DNA from: Caldimicrobium sp.
GTDB lineage: Bacteria > Desulfobacterota > Thermodesulfobacteria > Thermodesulfobacteriales > Thermodesulfobacteriaceae
Assembly: GCA_009903935.1 (NCBI GenBank)
Contig: WYEG01000044.1
Location: 990-64,989, forward strand
DNA: 64,000 nucleotides
Direction of reading: 5' to 3'
Shown: piece after piece, positions 29,215 to 40,853 of the stretch
Layout: the number at the start of each line of letters is the position of its first letter
How positions within the stretch are numbered: position 1 is the stretch's first letter
Made by a program: the position numbers and the translations under genes
Notes under the pieces: model-generated
What the model was told of the DNA's origin: nothing
Seen by the model: the letters and a program-made list of their open reading frames with translations, nothing else
The model's database searches: none

Positions 29215-29849
29215 CTTCTCTGCGGAAGTCGAGCGATCGGCGTTTCCCCGGCCAAGACCTTATGCCCCTCTTTAACCAGGATTTCCGCATTGACAGCAGG
29301 AAAGAAAACTTCAACCCTTGAGCTAAACTTGATCAAGCCTATGATGTCACCGGCTACAAGCTCATCTCCTGGCAAAACAAAGCTTTTAATCCTTCTTGCA
29401 ACAAGCCCTGCCACTTGCACAACCCAAACGGGCACTCCATCGTCTCTTTCGATCAGATAGACCTGCTTTTCGTTCCTTTGAAAGGCAGAATCTGAAAAAA
29501 CTGGCTTTTTTTCTCCTTTAAGATAGATAGTGTTTATAACCCGACCTTGGACCGGACTACGGTTTACATGAACATCCCATAGCCTCATAAAAATTCCCAC
29601 TCGATAAAGGGGTTCATCCCACCATTCAGGCCTTTTCTCCACATCAACCTTCACAACCTTTCCGTCAGCTGGAGAGAGTAGATAATCCGGGTTTAGGATA
29701 CCCTGCCTATCAGGATTGCGAAAGAAAAAGGCGTTAAGCATTGATAAGGAAAGACAAGCGAGTCCTAAACGCTTCTTACCAGCTCCGAAGAGGAGCCCAC
29801 CTAGTAGGGCTGGGGCAAAAACATAAGGATAGCCTTCTTTGTGGATCAT
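29211..29849 (-). CDS. psd: Phosphatidylserine decarboxylase, short form
   Basis: 212 aa with a C-terminal self-cleavage-like motif (IKFSSRV). 4-nt overlap with pssA. Confidence 0.8.
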   Translation of the reverse strand: MIHKEGYPYVFAPALLGGLLFGAGKKRLGLACLSLSMLNAFFFRNPDRQGILNPDYLLSPADGKVVKVDVEKRPEWWDEPLYRVGIFMRLWDVHVNRSPVQGRVINTIYLKGEKKPVFSDSAFQRNEKQVYLIERDDGVPVWVVQVAGLVARRIKSFVLPGDELVAGDIIGLIKFSSRVEVFFPAVNAEILVKEGHKVLAGETPIARLPQRR

Positions 29850-31702
29850 GACTTTTTAACCGAGGGGAATAGCTCTTCGTTGGTATGGGGTAAAAAGAGA
29901 GCCGCCATATAGTAATCCATATACTGCGGATGCCCGGAGAGCTCAACATGGGTCATCATCTGAGCAATCCTATTCAACTCAAGTAGCTTTTCTTTAGAAA
30001 GCAGGGCTTTCTTTGCCCCTTGGAGGCTTGTATTACCAAGGAAGAAAAACCTATCACGAGGAAGGTCTGGCAAAAGACCGATGGTTATGGCATCCTCAAG
30101 GTCGATGTAGCTACCAAAGGTCCCGGCTAAGAACACTCTTTTCAGGTCAAATATGCTTAGCCCAGCTGATTCCAGCAAGATCTGATAGCCGGCAAACATC
30201 GCCCCCTTGGCCCGCATGAGATTATCAATATCTGCTTCGGTAAAGACTATATCATGCTCAAGGGCTGATTCTTCTTTAAACACAAGCACATACTCGTAGC
30301 CCTCATCTCCCTTCCTTAGGCGAGGATGGGCAATGTCTCTACGGAATTTCCCAGACCGGTCGATCAAGCCTACCTTGAAAAGCTGAGCTAAAAGGGAGAT
30401 TATCCCTGAACCGCAGATCCCCTTTGGTCTTTGCTTACCAATGGTTAGGATCATCGGCTCAAAGGTCTCAGGGTCGATGTGGACCCCCTCTATAGCCCCT
30501 GATGTTGCCCGCATTCCATGCTTTATTCCCCCACCTTCAAAGGCAGGACCTGCTGAGCAGGCAGCACACATCAAAAAGTCCCTGTTTCCGACGACAATCT
30601 CTCCATTAGTCCCAAGGTCAATAAAAAGGGTTAGATCCTCCTCAGCGGCGATAAGACTTGCTAAGACCCCGGCGGTAATATCTCCTCCAACATAGCTTGC
30701 CACTGAAGGTGAAAATTGAAAGACCGCTGAATAGGGGCTAAAGCCAATTTCTTTGGCTAAAAGCGGTGGATAGAATTGAGCTACGGGCACATAAGGATGT
30801 TCCCTTAAATACCGAGGCTCAAGCTCTAAAAATAGATGGGTCATAACCGTGTTTCCAGCAAGGGAAAAAAGCTTAACTTCTGATAAGGACCTCCCTGCCT
30901 GCTTTAAAAGCTCTTCAGTAAGCACATGGATCTTTTCCTTAACCCGTTCAGAAAGAAGTTTTAGTCCATCCTTTTTCTTGCAAAACTCAATTCGGCTTAT
31001 CACATCTTCGCCAAAACTTATCTGAGGGTTATAATCAGACGTTTGAGCTAAAACCTCGCCGGTTGAAAGGTCTACAAGCTCAAGCTGCAAAGTTGTTGTC
31101 CCAAGGTCTATGGCTACACCAAGGGGACTAATTTCAGGTTTATCTAAATCAAAAAGAAGTTTATATCCTGTAAAAGGGTCTTCATACCAAAAAAAGGTAG
31201 CCCGAAAGGCTTGAGCCCTAAGAACATGGGGGAGCTTCCTTAAGAATTCAAGCTCAACCTTAAAATTATCACCTACAAAAGGCTTTAGAGCAAGAAGGAC
31301 GCGAGATAGGTCTGGCATGTTGTCTTCAAGGGATGGTGGTTTTAGAGAAAGAGATGCCCAGTTGAGAGGAGAATATAAAGGAAAGCTTTCTTTCCTTTCT
31401 ATGGCTTTAGCAAGGACCCTATCCTTCCTTAAAAGGGCTTTCCGGTCGTATTTACTCTCAACGGGGATGCGAATTACAACATCAGTCAAAGGAACAGTTG
31501 TGCAAGCCTTATAATATATCCCATCAACCTTTTCGCCCTGAACCTCTCCCTTCTCAAGGATAACCTTACATTTCCCGCAGGCACCTAAACCGCCGCAGCT
31601 TGCGTTGATGTGGATACCAAGCCTCATGGCAAGCTCAAGGATGGTCTCGTAGGGATAGGCATCAGCGGTAACTTGATAGGGCTCAAAGGTGACCTTTGGC
31701 AT
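29846..31702 (-). CDS. 2Fe-2S ferredoxin + ASKHA ATPase fusion (RACo-like reductive activator of corrinoid proteins, DUF4445)
   Basis: N-terminal plant-type ferredoxin Cys pattern (CGGLGACGKCKV). The C-terminus shows actin/sugar-kinase-like phosphate motifs (AIDLGTTT, FIDLGTNGE). Confidence 0.7.
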   Translation of the reverse strand: MPKVTFEPYQVTADAYPYETILELAMRLGIHINASCGGLGACGKCKVILEKGEVQGEKVDGIYYKACTTVPLTDVVIRIPVESKYDRKALLRKDRVLAKAIERKESFPLYSPLNWASLSLKPPSLEDNMPDLSRVLLALKPFVGDNFKVELEFLRKLPHVLRAQAFRATFFWYEDPFTGYKLLFDLDKPEISPLGVAIDLGTTTLQLELVDLSTGEVLAQTSDYNPQISFGEDVISRIEFCKKKDGLKLLSERVKEKIHVLTEELLKQAGRSLSEVKLFSLAGNTVMTHLFLELEPRYLREHPYVPVAQFYPPLLAKEIGFSPYSAVFQFSPSVASYVGGDITAGVLASLIAAEEDLTLFIDLGTNGEIVVGNRDFLMCAACSAGPAFEGGGIKHGMRATSGAIEGVHIDPETFEPMILTIGKQRPKGICGSGIISLLAQLFKVGLIDRSGKFRRDIAHPRLRKGDEGYEYVLVFKEESALEHDIVFTEADIDNLMRAKGAMFAGYQILLESAGLSIFDLKRVFLAGTFGSYIDLEDAITIGLLPDLPRDRFFFLGNTSLQGAKKALLSKEKLLELNRIAQMMTHVELSGHPQYMDYYMAALFLPHTNEELFPSVKKS

Positions 31703-31712
31703 GGCTATTTCC

Positions 31713-34144
<2,432 letters not shown>

Positions 34145-34437
34145 TTTACCCCTCCTTCCCAGTTTATTAGAGAAGATTAATTTAATATATTTCGAAAATT
34201 TCACAAGGAGAAACGAGACTTTTTATCAAAGGTAATAGAAGAATGTGCAAGAATTACTTAAGCGTATTATCCCGAGCGTAGCAAACCCCCTCTAAGTTTG
34301 TTCGAAGCCCAAAGAGGCGAGTATTTGGCAATTTTTTAAAGTTTTATCAATCAATTCGTCTCTACTCATTGAAAAAATCTATTGGTTTTTAGGGTAGTTA
34401 GCTGATAAATTTTAAAAAAAGAGGAGGTTTGAGCCTA

Positions 34438-35046
34438 ATGAAAATCGTAGACGCAAGATCTTTGCCATGTCCTCAACCTGTAATCCGCACCAAAGAAGCC
34501 CTGGATGAAATAAATCAAGGAGAAACTATAACAGTCCTAATCGATAGCGAGGTTTCCTTAGAAAACATTAAAAAATTTCTTTCAGCCCAGGGGCATAAGC
34601 TTCTTGAAGTAAAGAGGAAAGGCGATGTATACGAGCTAAAAATTGAAAAAGGAACAAGCCCAGGCGTATCCTACGAAATAACCTGCCCGGTTAGCGTTGA
34701 AGAAAAGCCAAAAGAGCTATTTTTTATCATTGCTACCGATGTGATAGGTAGGGATGAGGAGTTGGGCAAGGTCCTTATGAAAGGGTTTCTTGAAACCCTG
34801 CTTGTAAGCGAGGAACTACCGCAAAGGATGTTTTTTATGAACACCGGGGTTAAGCTCACCACTGAGGTTGATTATGCGGTAGAGATCTTAAAAAAACTTG
34901 AAGAAAAAGGGGTTGAGATCTTTTCCTGTGGAACCTGTTTAAAATATTATCAGCTTGAGGATAAGCTAAAGGTAGGAAAGAGAGGAGGCACAGATTTATA
35001 CCTATCAGGGATGGTTGATTTTAAAAAGGTGGTTTTTATAGGCTAA
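34438..35046 (+). CDS. yedF: YedF-like sulfurtransferase/selenium metabolism protein (TusA-like N-domain + DsrE-like C-domain)
   Basis: TusA/SirA motif DARSLPCPQPV at the N-terminus, and a DsrE/F-like C-terminal half ending in ...CGTCLKYY. The ATG at 34438 lies 10 nt after GAGGAGG. Confidence 0.65.
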   Translation: MKIVDARSLPCPQPVIRTKEALDEINQGETITVLIDSEVSLENIKKFLSAQGHKLLEVKRKGDVYELKIEKGTSPGVSYEITCPVSVEEKPKELFFIIATDVIGRDEELGKVLMKGFLETLLVSEELPQRMFFMNTGVKLTTEVDYAVEILKKLEEKGVEIFSCGTCLKYYQLEDKLKVGKRGGTDLYLSGMVDFKKVVFIG

Positions 35047-36329
35047 CTCTTAGAAAGATGCTTGAAAGCCTTTTGCCCAATATCTCTGCGGTAGAACGCT
35101 CCCTCAAAATGGATAAGTGCGCAAGCTTGATAAGCTTTATCAATGGCTGAGCTCAAGGTCTCTCCAAGCGCTGTGACTCCAAGAACCCTACCCCCATTTG
35201 TGTAAAAAGAGCCTCCCTCTTTTTTAGTGCCCGCATGAAAAACTATGACTCCGGGTATCTCCTTTGCTTTATCAAGCCCAGTGATGAGCTTTCCTTTTTC
35301 ATATGACCCTGGATAGCCTTTGCTTGCCATCACAACGCAGACCGCCCAATCTTTACTTTCTTTTAGTTCTACTTCAGCCAGTTTGCCCTCAAATGTCCAC
35401 TCTATAACTTCAAGCAGGTCGTTTTCAATTCTTGGAAGGATGGCTTGAGCTTCAGGGTCACCAAGTCTGCAGTTAAACTCAAGAACGTAGGGGGTATCGT
35501 TTGCGATCATGAGCCCTGCATAGAGAAAACCAAAATAAAGATGTCCTTCCTTTTTAAGGGTCTTAAGAATAGGGGCTATGACCTTATCTGATATGGCTTC
35601 CCGTAACCTTGGTGTGATCAAGGGTGCAGGGGAGTAAGCTCCCATACCCCCTGTGTTTGGTCCCTCATCATTATCAAGAAGCCTTTTATGGTCCTGAGAG
35701 GTAGGTAAAGCCTTGAAGGTTTCTCCGTCGGTAATAACTATAAAAGAAGCCTCCTCACCGCTTAGCTTTTCTTCTATAACAATCATCTTCCCAGCATCGC
35801 CAAAGATACGCTCCTCCATAATCTTTTCGATAGCTTGATAGGCTTCATCCAAGGTATCACAAACAAAGACCCCTTTTCCAGCGCATAAACCATCAGCCTT
35901 AACCACTATTGGAGCACCCTTTTTCTCAACATAAGCCCTTGCCTTTTCCGGGTCATCAAACACAGCAAAGTTTGCGGTAGGGACGCAAGCCTTTTTCATT
36001 ATCTCCTTAGCAAAGGCTTTACTCCCCTCAAGTTGAGAAGCAGTCATACTTGGTCCGAAAACTTTAATACCCTTTTCTTGTAGAAAATCAGCTACTCCTT
36101 TAACTAATGGCTCCTCTGGACCGGGGACAACAAGGTCTATGCCTTCAGCCTTACAGAATTGGGCTAACTTTTCAAAATCCTTTAAATCAATACCTTGAGG
36201 TACTTCTGCGACCTCGGTTATGCCACCGTTACCCGGAATGCAGTAAAGCTTTTCAATCCTCTTACTTTTCTTTAAAGCCCAGCAAAGGGCATGCTCTCTT
36301 CCGCCTCCTCCAAGGATAAGAACCCTCAT
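35043..36329 (-). CDS. purD: Phosphoribosylamine--glycine ligase
   Basis: MRVLILGGGGREHAL, an ATP-grasp core and GGRVLGVTA. Confidence 0.95.
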   Translation of the reverse strand: MRVLILGGGGREHALCWALKKSKRIEKLYCIPGNGGITEVAEVPQGIDLKDFEKLAQFCKAEGIDLVVPGPEEPLVKGVADFLQEKGIKVFGPSMTASQLEGSKAFAKEIMKKACVPTANFAVFDDPEKARAYVEKKGAPIVVKADGLCAGKGVFVCDTLDEAYQAIEKIMEERIFGDAGKMIVIEEKLSGEEASFIVITDGETFKALPTSQDHKRLLDNDEGPNTGGMGAYSPAPLITPRLREAISDKVIAPILKTLKKEGHLYFGFLYAGLMIANDTPYVLEFNCRLGDPEAQAILPRIENDLLEVIEWTFEGKLAEVELKESKDWAVCVVMASKGYPGSYEKGKLITGLDKAKEIPGVIVFHAGTKKEGGSFYTNGGRVLGVTALGETLSSAIDKAYQACALIHFEGAFYRRDIGQKAFKHLSKS

Positions 36330-36332
36330 AGA

Positions 36333-36896
36333 TTAGCCCCTTTTCAGCTTCTTTTCGGTGAAGACAAAAACTGAGAACAAAGCACATTTCATAAGGTCTG
36401 AAGGAACAAAAGGAATAACCGTAAGGATTAAAAGCTCTTTCAAATTATTTACGAATCCTTGCTGAGAATATCCCGCTAAAAACCAAAGGGTTCCAAAGAA
36501 ATAAACGAGGAGGTGTCCAAGTAGAGCTACAAAAAAGGTAGATGCAGGGTTGTTTAGTAAACCGCGTTCTTTTGCAAAGGATACAAAATAAACCATAAAG
36601 AAGAAGCCGATTAGATATCCTCCAGTTGGACCAGAAAGGATTAAAAGCCCGCCTTTTCCACCTGAAAAAAGGGGAAGCCCTATCGCGCCAAGCATTAAAT
36701 AAAGAGCTACGGTCCCCAAGGCTAAAGGCAAGGGAAGATAGTAGGCTATAAAAAGTAAACCAAGAGTTTGAAGTGTTAATGGGACAGGGGTAAATGGTAG
36801 CGGAACCTTGACTTGGCTTAACAGGGCAAGAAGAATGACAAATCCAAGCGAAGTTAAAATTGACTTTGCTTTGAACACGGAAAGCTCCTTTACCAT
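36333..36896 (-). CDS. bioY: Biotin transporter BioY
   Basis: 187-aa, 6-TM protein with VPLPFTPVPLTLQTLGLLF and GGYLIGF motifs typical of BioY. Confidence 0.8.
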   Translation of the reverse strand: MVKELSVFKAKSILTSLGFVILLALLSQVKVPLPFTPVPLTLQTLGLLFIAYYLPLPLALGTVALYLMLGAIGLPLFSGGKGGLLILSGPTGGYLIGFFFMVYFVSFAKERGLLNNPASTFFVALLGHLLVYFFGTLWFLAGYSQQGFVNNLKELLILTVIPFVPSDLMKCALFSVFVFTEKKLKRG

Positions 36897-36927
36897 AATT
36901 GTCTTCCCCCCTTCTTTGGTAAGGGTA

Positions 36928-36957
36928 ATTATAACATTTTATTTTTTATTTAGTCAA
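36928..36957 (-). promoter_or_regulatory. Sigma70-type promoter for bioY-purD
   Basis: Minus strand reads TTGACT, an 18-nt spacer, then TATAAT, about 30 nt upstream of the bioY ATG. Confidence 0.45.
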
Positions 36958-37102
36958 GCTGGCCCATGGGCTCACTTACGGTCACCTCGAGCCCCCTTTA
37001 TCACCATGAACTAAAGGAGGAGCTTCTTTCTTCGTTTCAAAAATAATAAAAAATTTTCCGCTTTGACCACCGAGAATGATCAGGAAATATCACACCGCGC
37101 AA

Positions 37103-37120
37103 ACCGAGAGGTCCCTCGGT
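37103..37120 (-). terminator. Hairpin downstream of lptG (weak terminator candidate)
   Basis: ACCGAG-6 nt-CTCGGT stem-loop 33 nt past the lptG stop, followed on the minus strand by only TT(T)G. Confidence 0.3.
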
Positions 37121-37152
37121 ATCGTTACCGCACAAAACGATTATACTAAATT

Positions 37153-38205
37153 TTACTTGGCTATAAGGAAGACAGAAAGCAATACAAATAATGCTAAGAT
37201 TACTAAACAAAATGGTGTAGCTTTATATATAAGGCTAAAAATCATCAAATTAATCAAAGAAATAAAAATATACGCTATCAATGAGGTTCCTATGGCCTTT
37301 GTTTGATTAACAGGGGAGTAAAATTTCAGATATATATGTATACACCATAAACTTATAAAAAAACCAGCAAAAAGATAGTAAAATCTAAACAAAAATTCTA
37401 ACATAACCTCTTTAGTTGATTTTCCTACCTTTGATAAAAATTGTAATCTCTGATAGAGCTCTTCGATAGTTAAAAATTTTAATGTTTTTTCAGTCACGAC
37501 TAAAGTAGATGGATTGAATGGTAAAGGTCTTTCCTGCTTATCATACTTTTTGGGCACAAAATTTTCACTTCTTTTTTGAACAACAAGTTTTTCAAGAACC
37601 CAGCTTCCGTTAGAATACAACATCGTCCCTGCCCAGATTACCTCTTCTATTTCTCCTTTTTGATCTATAGTAAGGTATAAAACATCCCCAAGATACTCTG
37701 CATTAGGCTCAAGAGGTTGAGCGATTAAAAAGTAATTTTCACCCTCGAAAAACAATTTCTTTTTTAAAAAAACTAATTCCTTTTTTTTGCCCAAAACTTT
37801 TCTTTCCCATACATCAACTGCATTCTGAAAGGCTATGGGTGAAATATAGTTTAATAATATTCCAGAGAAAAAATTAATCAAGAAGAGGGATAGAAAGAGA
37901 ATCTTATAGACAGTTCTCCTTGAATAGCCTAAGGAAAGCAAAGCCAAAAGCTCTTTTGTCCTAGTTAAATAAAACATGGTCAGAATGGTAGAAAAAGCTA
38001 ATAAATAAGGGAATACTTGATAAAAATTAACTATACCTTTCCAAAAGAGATACTCTAAAAAGATTATGAACGGTTTTCTATATACCGAAAAAGTTGAATA
38101 ACGCTCAAAAAAATCTATAACATTAAAAAAGATAAAAGTTATAGGTAGAAGAAATAAATTAATTTTTAATAGCTCTTTAAATAAAAATTTAGTTGAAACT
38201 TTCAT
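37153..38205 (-). CDS. lptG: LPS export ABC permease LptG (YjgP/YjgQ family)
   Basis: 350 aa with 3 TM helices, a periplasmic beta-jellyroll-like insert, then 3 more TM helices. Paired with the upstream paralog through a 4-nt overlap. Confidence 0.7.
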   Translation of the reverse strand: MKVSTKFLFKELLKINLFLLPITFIFFNVIDFFERYSTFSVYRKPFIIFLEYLFWKGIVNFYQVFPYLLAFSTILTMFYLTRTKELLALLSLGYSRRTVYKILFLSLFLINFFSGILLNYISPIAFQNAVDVWERKVLGKKKELVFLKKKLFFEGENYFLIAQPLEPNAEYLGDVLYLTIDQKGEIEEVIWAGTMLYSNGSWVLEKLVVQKRSENFVPKKYDKQERPLPFNPSTLVVTEKTLKFLTIEELYQRLQFLSKVGKSTKEVMLEFLFRFYYLFAGFFISLWCIHIYLKFYSPVNQTKAIGTSLIAYIFISLINLMIFSLIYKATPFCLVILALFVLLSVFLIAK

Positions 38206-39293
38206 AGATAAGTAGCACCTTTTTTCTTAATATAAACATAGGAAATCCAGATTACTAAGGATATGCTTATGAAAAAGAGAAAGAACCCAACTAAAGGATG
38301 AAATTTGCCAGTTTCAGAAAAGGAGGTGCAGAAATTATAAAATCCAAAGAATAATAAATAGAAAAGAGAACCGATAATAAACAATAGAGTTCGTTGGGGA
38401 GCGTATATGATTAGACCTAAGAAAAAGGCTTGGGTCAACAAAAAAAGAGAGGTCAGCGGGTAAAAAATTCTACCGTATAACTCAGTCATATATCTATAAA
38501 TTTTTCTTTTATCTTTTTCTTTTTGAATAGTTTCTTTAAGCTCAGAAAGTGTCATTTCTCCTCTTTTAATGTAGAAATCCTCTTTTTTTAACTCTTCTGT
38601 ATCAAAAGATATTTCATAATACTTAAATTCCATAACTTCTATGCTACCGCTAGCCTCTTTAAAAAAAGCACTACCTTTTTCTAACGCAAGCATCCCTTGT
38701 TTCAGCGCCAACACCCCGCTTTTCGCAAAGTATATTCCTTTTTTCTCTTGTGTATCTTCTAAAACAAGAGTATCGTATAACCTTGTGCTACCATTTTCTA
38801 AAGTCCTTTTAGCGTATAAAACTAGAGTATCCCCTATTGGAAATGGAGTCCTCTCTGGAATACTGCTTTCCACTAAACCTTTATACAAATTTACTTTCAA
38901 ATCCTTTTGTAATCTTTTTGATAGAGGAACAACCACCATAGTCAAAAATAACAGAAGAAAAAAAATCTTAAAACTGAAAAGAAAAATTACTTTTAAAAAG
39001 TGTTTTAAACTATAACCTAAAGAGAAAAGTGCAAGAATTTCTCTTTCATATTTCATCCTTTGGACTACAAAAAGAATGCTTAAATAGCCTGAAAATAACA
39101 AGGAAAAAGCAGATATTTCACCAATTGATGTAAAAAAAATAATAATTATGTCAAATAACGATAGTTGAAACTGACTAAGTTCAGCAAATATTAAAGTTGC
39201 TCTAATTGTGCCAATGAACAATAGAAGCAGACAAAAAATTATAATTGTATGATATAGATATTCTTTAATTTGATAATAGTAAAAGAGCCTCAT
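38202..39293 (-). CDS. lptF: LPS export ABC permease LptF (YjgP/YjgQ family)
   Basis: 363 aa with the same architecture as its neighbour. First of the pair, as in lptFG operons. Confidence 0.7.
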   Translation of the reverse strand: MRLFYYYQIKEYLYHTIIIFCLLLLFIGTIRATLIFAELSQFQLSLFDIIIIFFTSIGEISAFSLLFSGYLSILFVVQRMKYEREILALFSLGYSLKHFLKVIFLFSFKIFFLLLFLTMVVVPLSKRLQKDLKVNLYKGLVESSIPERTPFPIGDTLVLYAKRTLENGSTRLYDTLVLEDTQEKKGIYFAKSGVLALKQGMLALEKGSAFFKEASGSIEVMEFKYYEISFDTEELKKEDFYIKRGEMTLSELKETIQKEKDKRKIYRYMTELYGRIFYPLTSLFLLTQAFFLGLIIYAPQRTLLFIIGSLFYLLFFGFYNFCTSFSETGKFHPLVGFFLFFISISLVIWISYVYIKKKGATYL

Positions 39294-39295
39294 TC

Positions 39296-40036
39296 TTAAC
39301 CGAGCCCTGCATCAAGGATTAACATGCTAAGAAAACCTATCCCGAAGCCAAGGCTTGCAAAATCTGGGTTTTCCAATTTTTGGGCTGTGGGCAATATTTC
39401 TTCTATTACAACGAAGATCATAGCTCCCGCAGCTAAGCTCATTGCATAGGGTAAAAGAAACTTTGATATATCTATAAGAAAAGCACCCAACAGAGAAAAT
39501 ATAGGCTCAACGATAGCTGAAACAAATCCGTAGAAAAAGCTTTGAAATTTCGAAAGACCAGCAGCTCTAAAGGCTAAAGCTAAAGCTAACCCCTCTGGTA
39601 TGTTTTGAATTCCTATCGCTAAAGCAAGCTCAAGAGTAAGGGATACTCCAACGGCCAATCCCTCTGGTATGTTATGAATAGTAACCGCTAAAAATAAAAG
39701 CACGCTTTTCTTAAGTTGTATTGCTGGACCCTCCTTTTCTAAAGATGTCACGCCAGGATGCAAATGAGGTGTGATTATATCGAGCAATCTAAGGATTGCT
39801 ACTCCGAGGATAAAACCAAAGCTAAGCTTCAATGCAGAAATTATCGACCCTTCTCCAAAGATTTTGATAGAAGGTAAAATCAACGAAAAGAAGCTTGCTG
39901 AGACCATTACACCTCCGGCAAAGCCAAGAGAAAGACAGAGAAACTTACGAGGATTGCCCCTTGTCAAAAAGATTAAGCTTGCACCTAAACCAGTTAAAAA
40001 AAAAGTTAGAAGTCCATAGTATAAAGCTTTTTCCAT
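39296..40036 (-). CDS. zupT: ZIP family divalent metal (zinc) transporter
   Basis: Repeated HNIPEGLAVG / QNIPEGLALA motifs in an 8-TM protein. Confidence 0.8.
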   Translation of the reverse strand: MEKALYYGLLTFFLTGLGASLIFLTRGNPRKFLCLSLGFAGGVMVSASFFSLILPSIKIFGEGSIISALKLSFGFILGVAILRLLDIITPHLHPGVTSLEKEGPAIQLKKSVLLFLAVTIHNIPEGLAVGVSLTLELALAIGIQNIPEGLALALAFRAAGLSKFQSFFYGFVSAIVEPIFSLLGAFLIDISKFLLPYAMSLAAGAMIFVVIEEILPTAQKLENPDFASLGFGIGFLSMLILDAGLG

Positions 40037-40054
40037 GGTGATGAGAACTCCAGG

Positions 40055-40513
40055 CTAAGACTGATTTGCAGAATTGGAACGCTCTAACACCACTGTGACC
40101 GGACCATCGTTTATCAACTCAACTTCCATGTGAGCCCCAAAAACACCAAGCTTTGCCCTTGTTCCTCTTTCTTCGATCAAATCTCTTAGCTTAAGAATTA
40201 AACCTTCGGCAAGCCTTGGTTCCTCTGCTAAATGAAAACTCGGTCTTGTCCCCTTCTTAAGGGTCCCGCAAACGGTAAAGTTGGAAACTATTAAAACCTC
40301 GCCAACCACATCCTTCACACTAAGGTTAAACTTACCTGCCTCATCGCTAAAGACCCGCAAGCTCACAATCTTATCCGCAAACCAGTTTATTATCCTATCA
40401 TCATCACCCTTTTCAACGCAAACCAACACCAAAAGCCCTTTGTCAATGCTACTAATAGGCTTCCCTTCTACACGAACCTCAGCCCTTTTAACTCTCTGAA
40501 TTACCGCCTTCAA
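40055..40513 (-). CDS. dtd: D-aminoacyl-tRNA deacylase
   Basis: (L/M)KAVIQRVKRAEVRVEG...GLLVLVCVEKGD...SNFTVCG...GPVTVVLE. The TTG at 40513 gives a normal length of about 150 aa; the longer track ORF runs into the HNH gene. Confidence 0.85.
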   Translation of the reverse strand: MKAVIQRVKRAEVRVEGKPISSIDKGLLVLVCVEKGDDDRIINWFADKIVSLRVFSDEAGKFNLSVKDVVGEVLIVSNFTVCGTLKKGTRPSFHLAEEPRLAEGLILKLRDLIEERGTRAKLGVFGAHMEVELINDGPVTVVLERSNSANQS

Positions 40514-40832
40514 ATCCTTCTTCCCCTTTTTTACCTTTGAGCTTGGCGAGATATTCTTCCCATTCCCAAGGGGGTAAAGTCTTTTTTTTAGTATTGCATT
40601 CCTTGCAGGATGGAACGATATTTTCTCGCGATGAGGTTCCACCAAGGGCAAGGGGTATTTTATGGTCCATGGTTAGTTCTTCCCTTGGGACTTTGCGACC
40701 ACAATAATAGCAAATCCCTTTTTCAAGCCTCCTCCTCCACCACCGCGTATCTTTAAGCCTTCTTGCTTTCTCCCTCTCAATTTTAATAAACTCTTCTTTG
40801 GTAAGATGCTTCATGTGCTTGCCTTTTTTCAT
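40488..40832 (-). CDS. Small HNH endonuclease domain protein
   Basis: CYYCGRKV...DHKIPLALGG...NIVPSCKECNTKK is an HNH/McrA-type motif. 114 aa. Confidence 0.7.
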   Translation of the reverse strand: MKKGKHMKHLTKEEFIKIEREKARRLKDTRWWRRRLEKGICYYCGRKVPREELTMDHKIPLALGGTSSRENIVPSCKECNTKKKTLPPWEWEEYLAKLKGKKGEEGFEGGNSES

Positions 40833-40853
40833 AATAACACCGCCGTGAATCTA

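Noticed and set aside
34289-34317. tRNA-like T-loop sequence GTTCGAAGCC in the metK-yedF spacer
   Set aside because: No acceptor stem, D-arm or anticodon arm can be built around it. It forms a simple bulged hairpin instead, so it is not a tRNA.
37014-37152. Possible small basic protein after the strong SD-like AAAGGAGGAG, and the track ORF at 37076-37306
   Set aside because: No ATG, GTG or TTG lies at a workable distance from the SD-like run. The 37076 ORF has no RBS and runs antisense into lptG.
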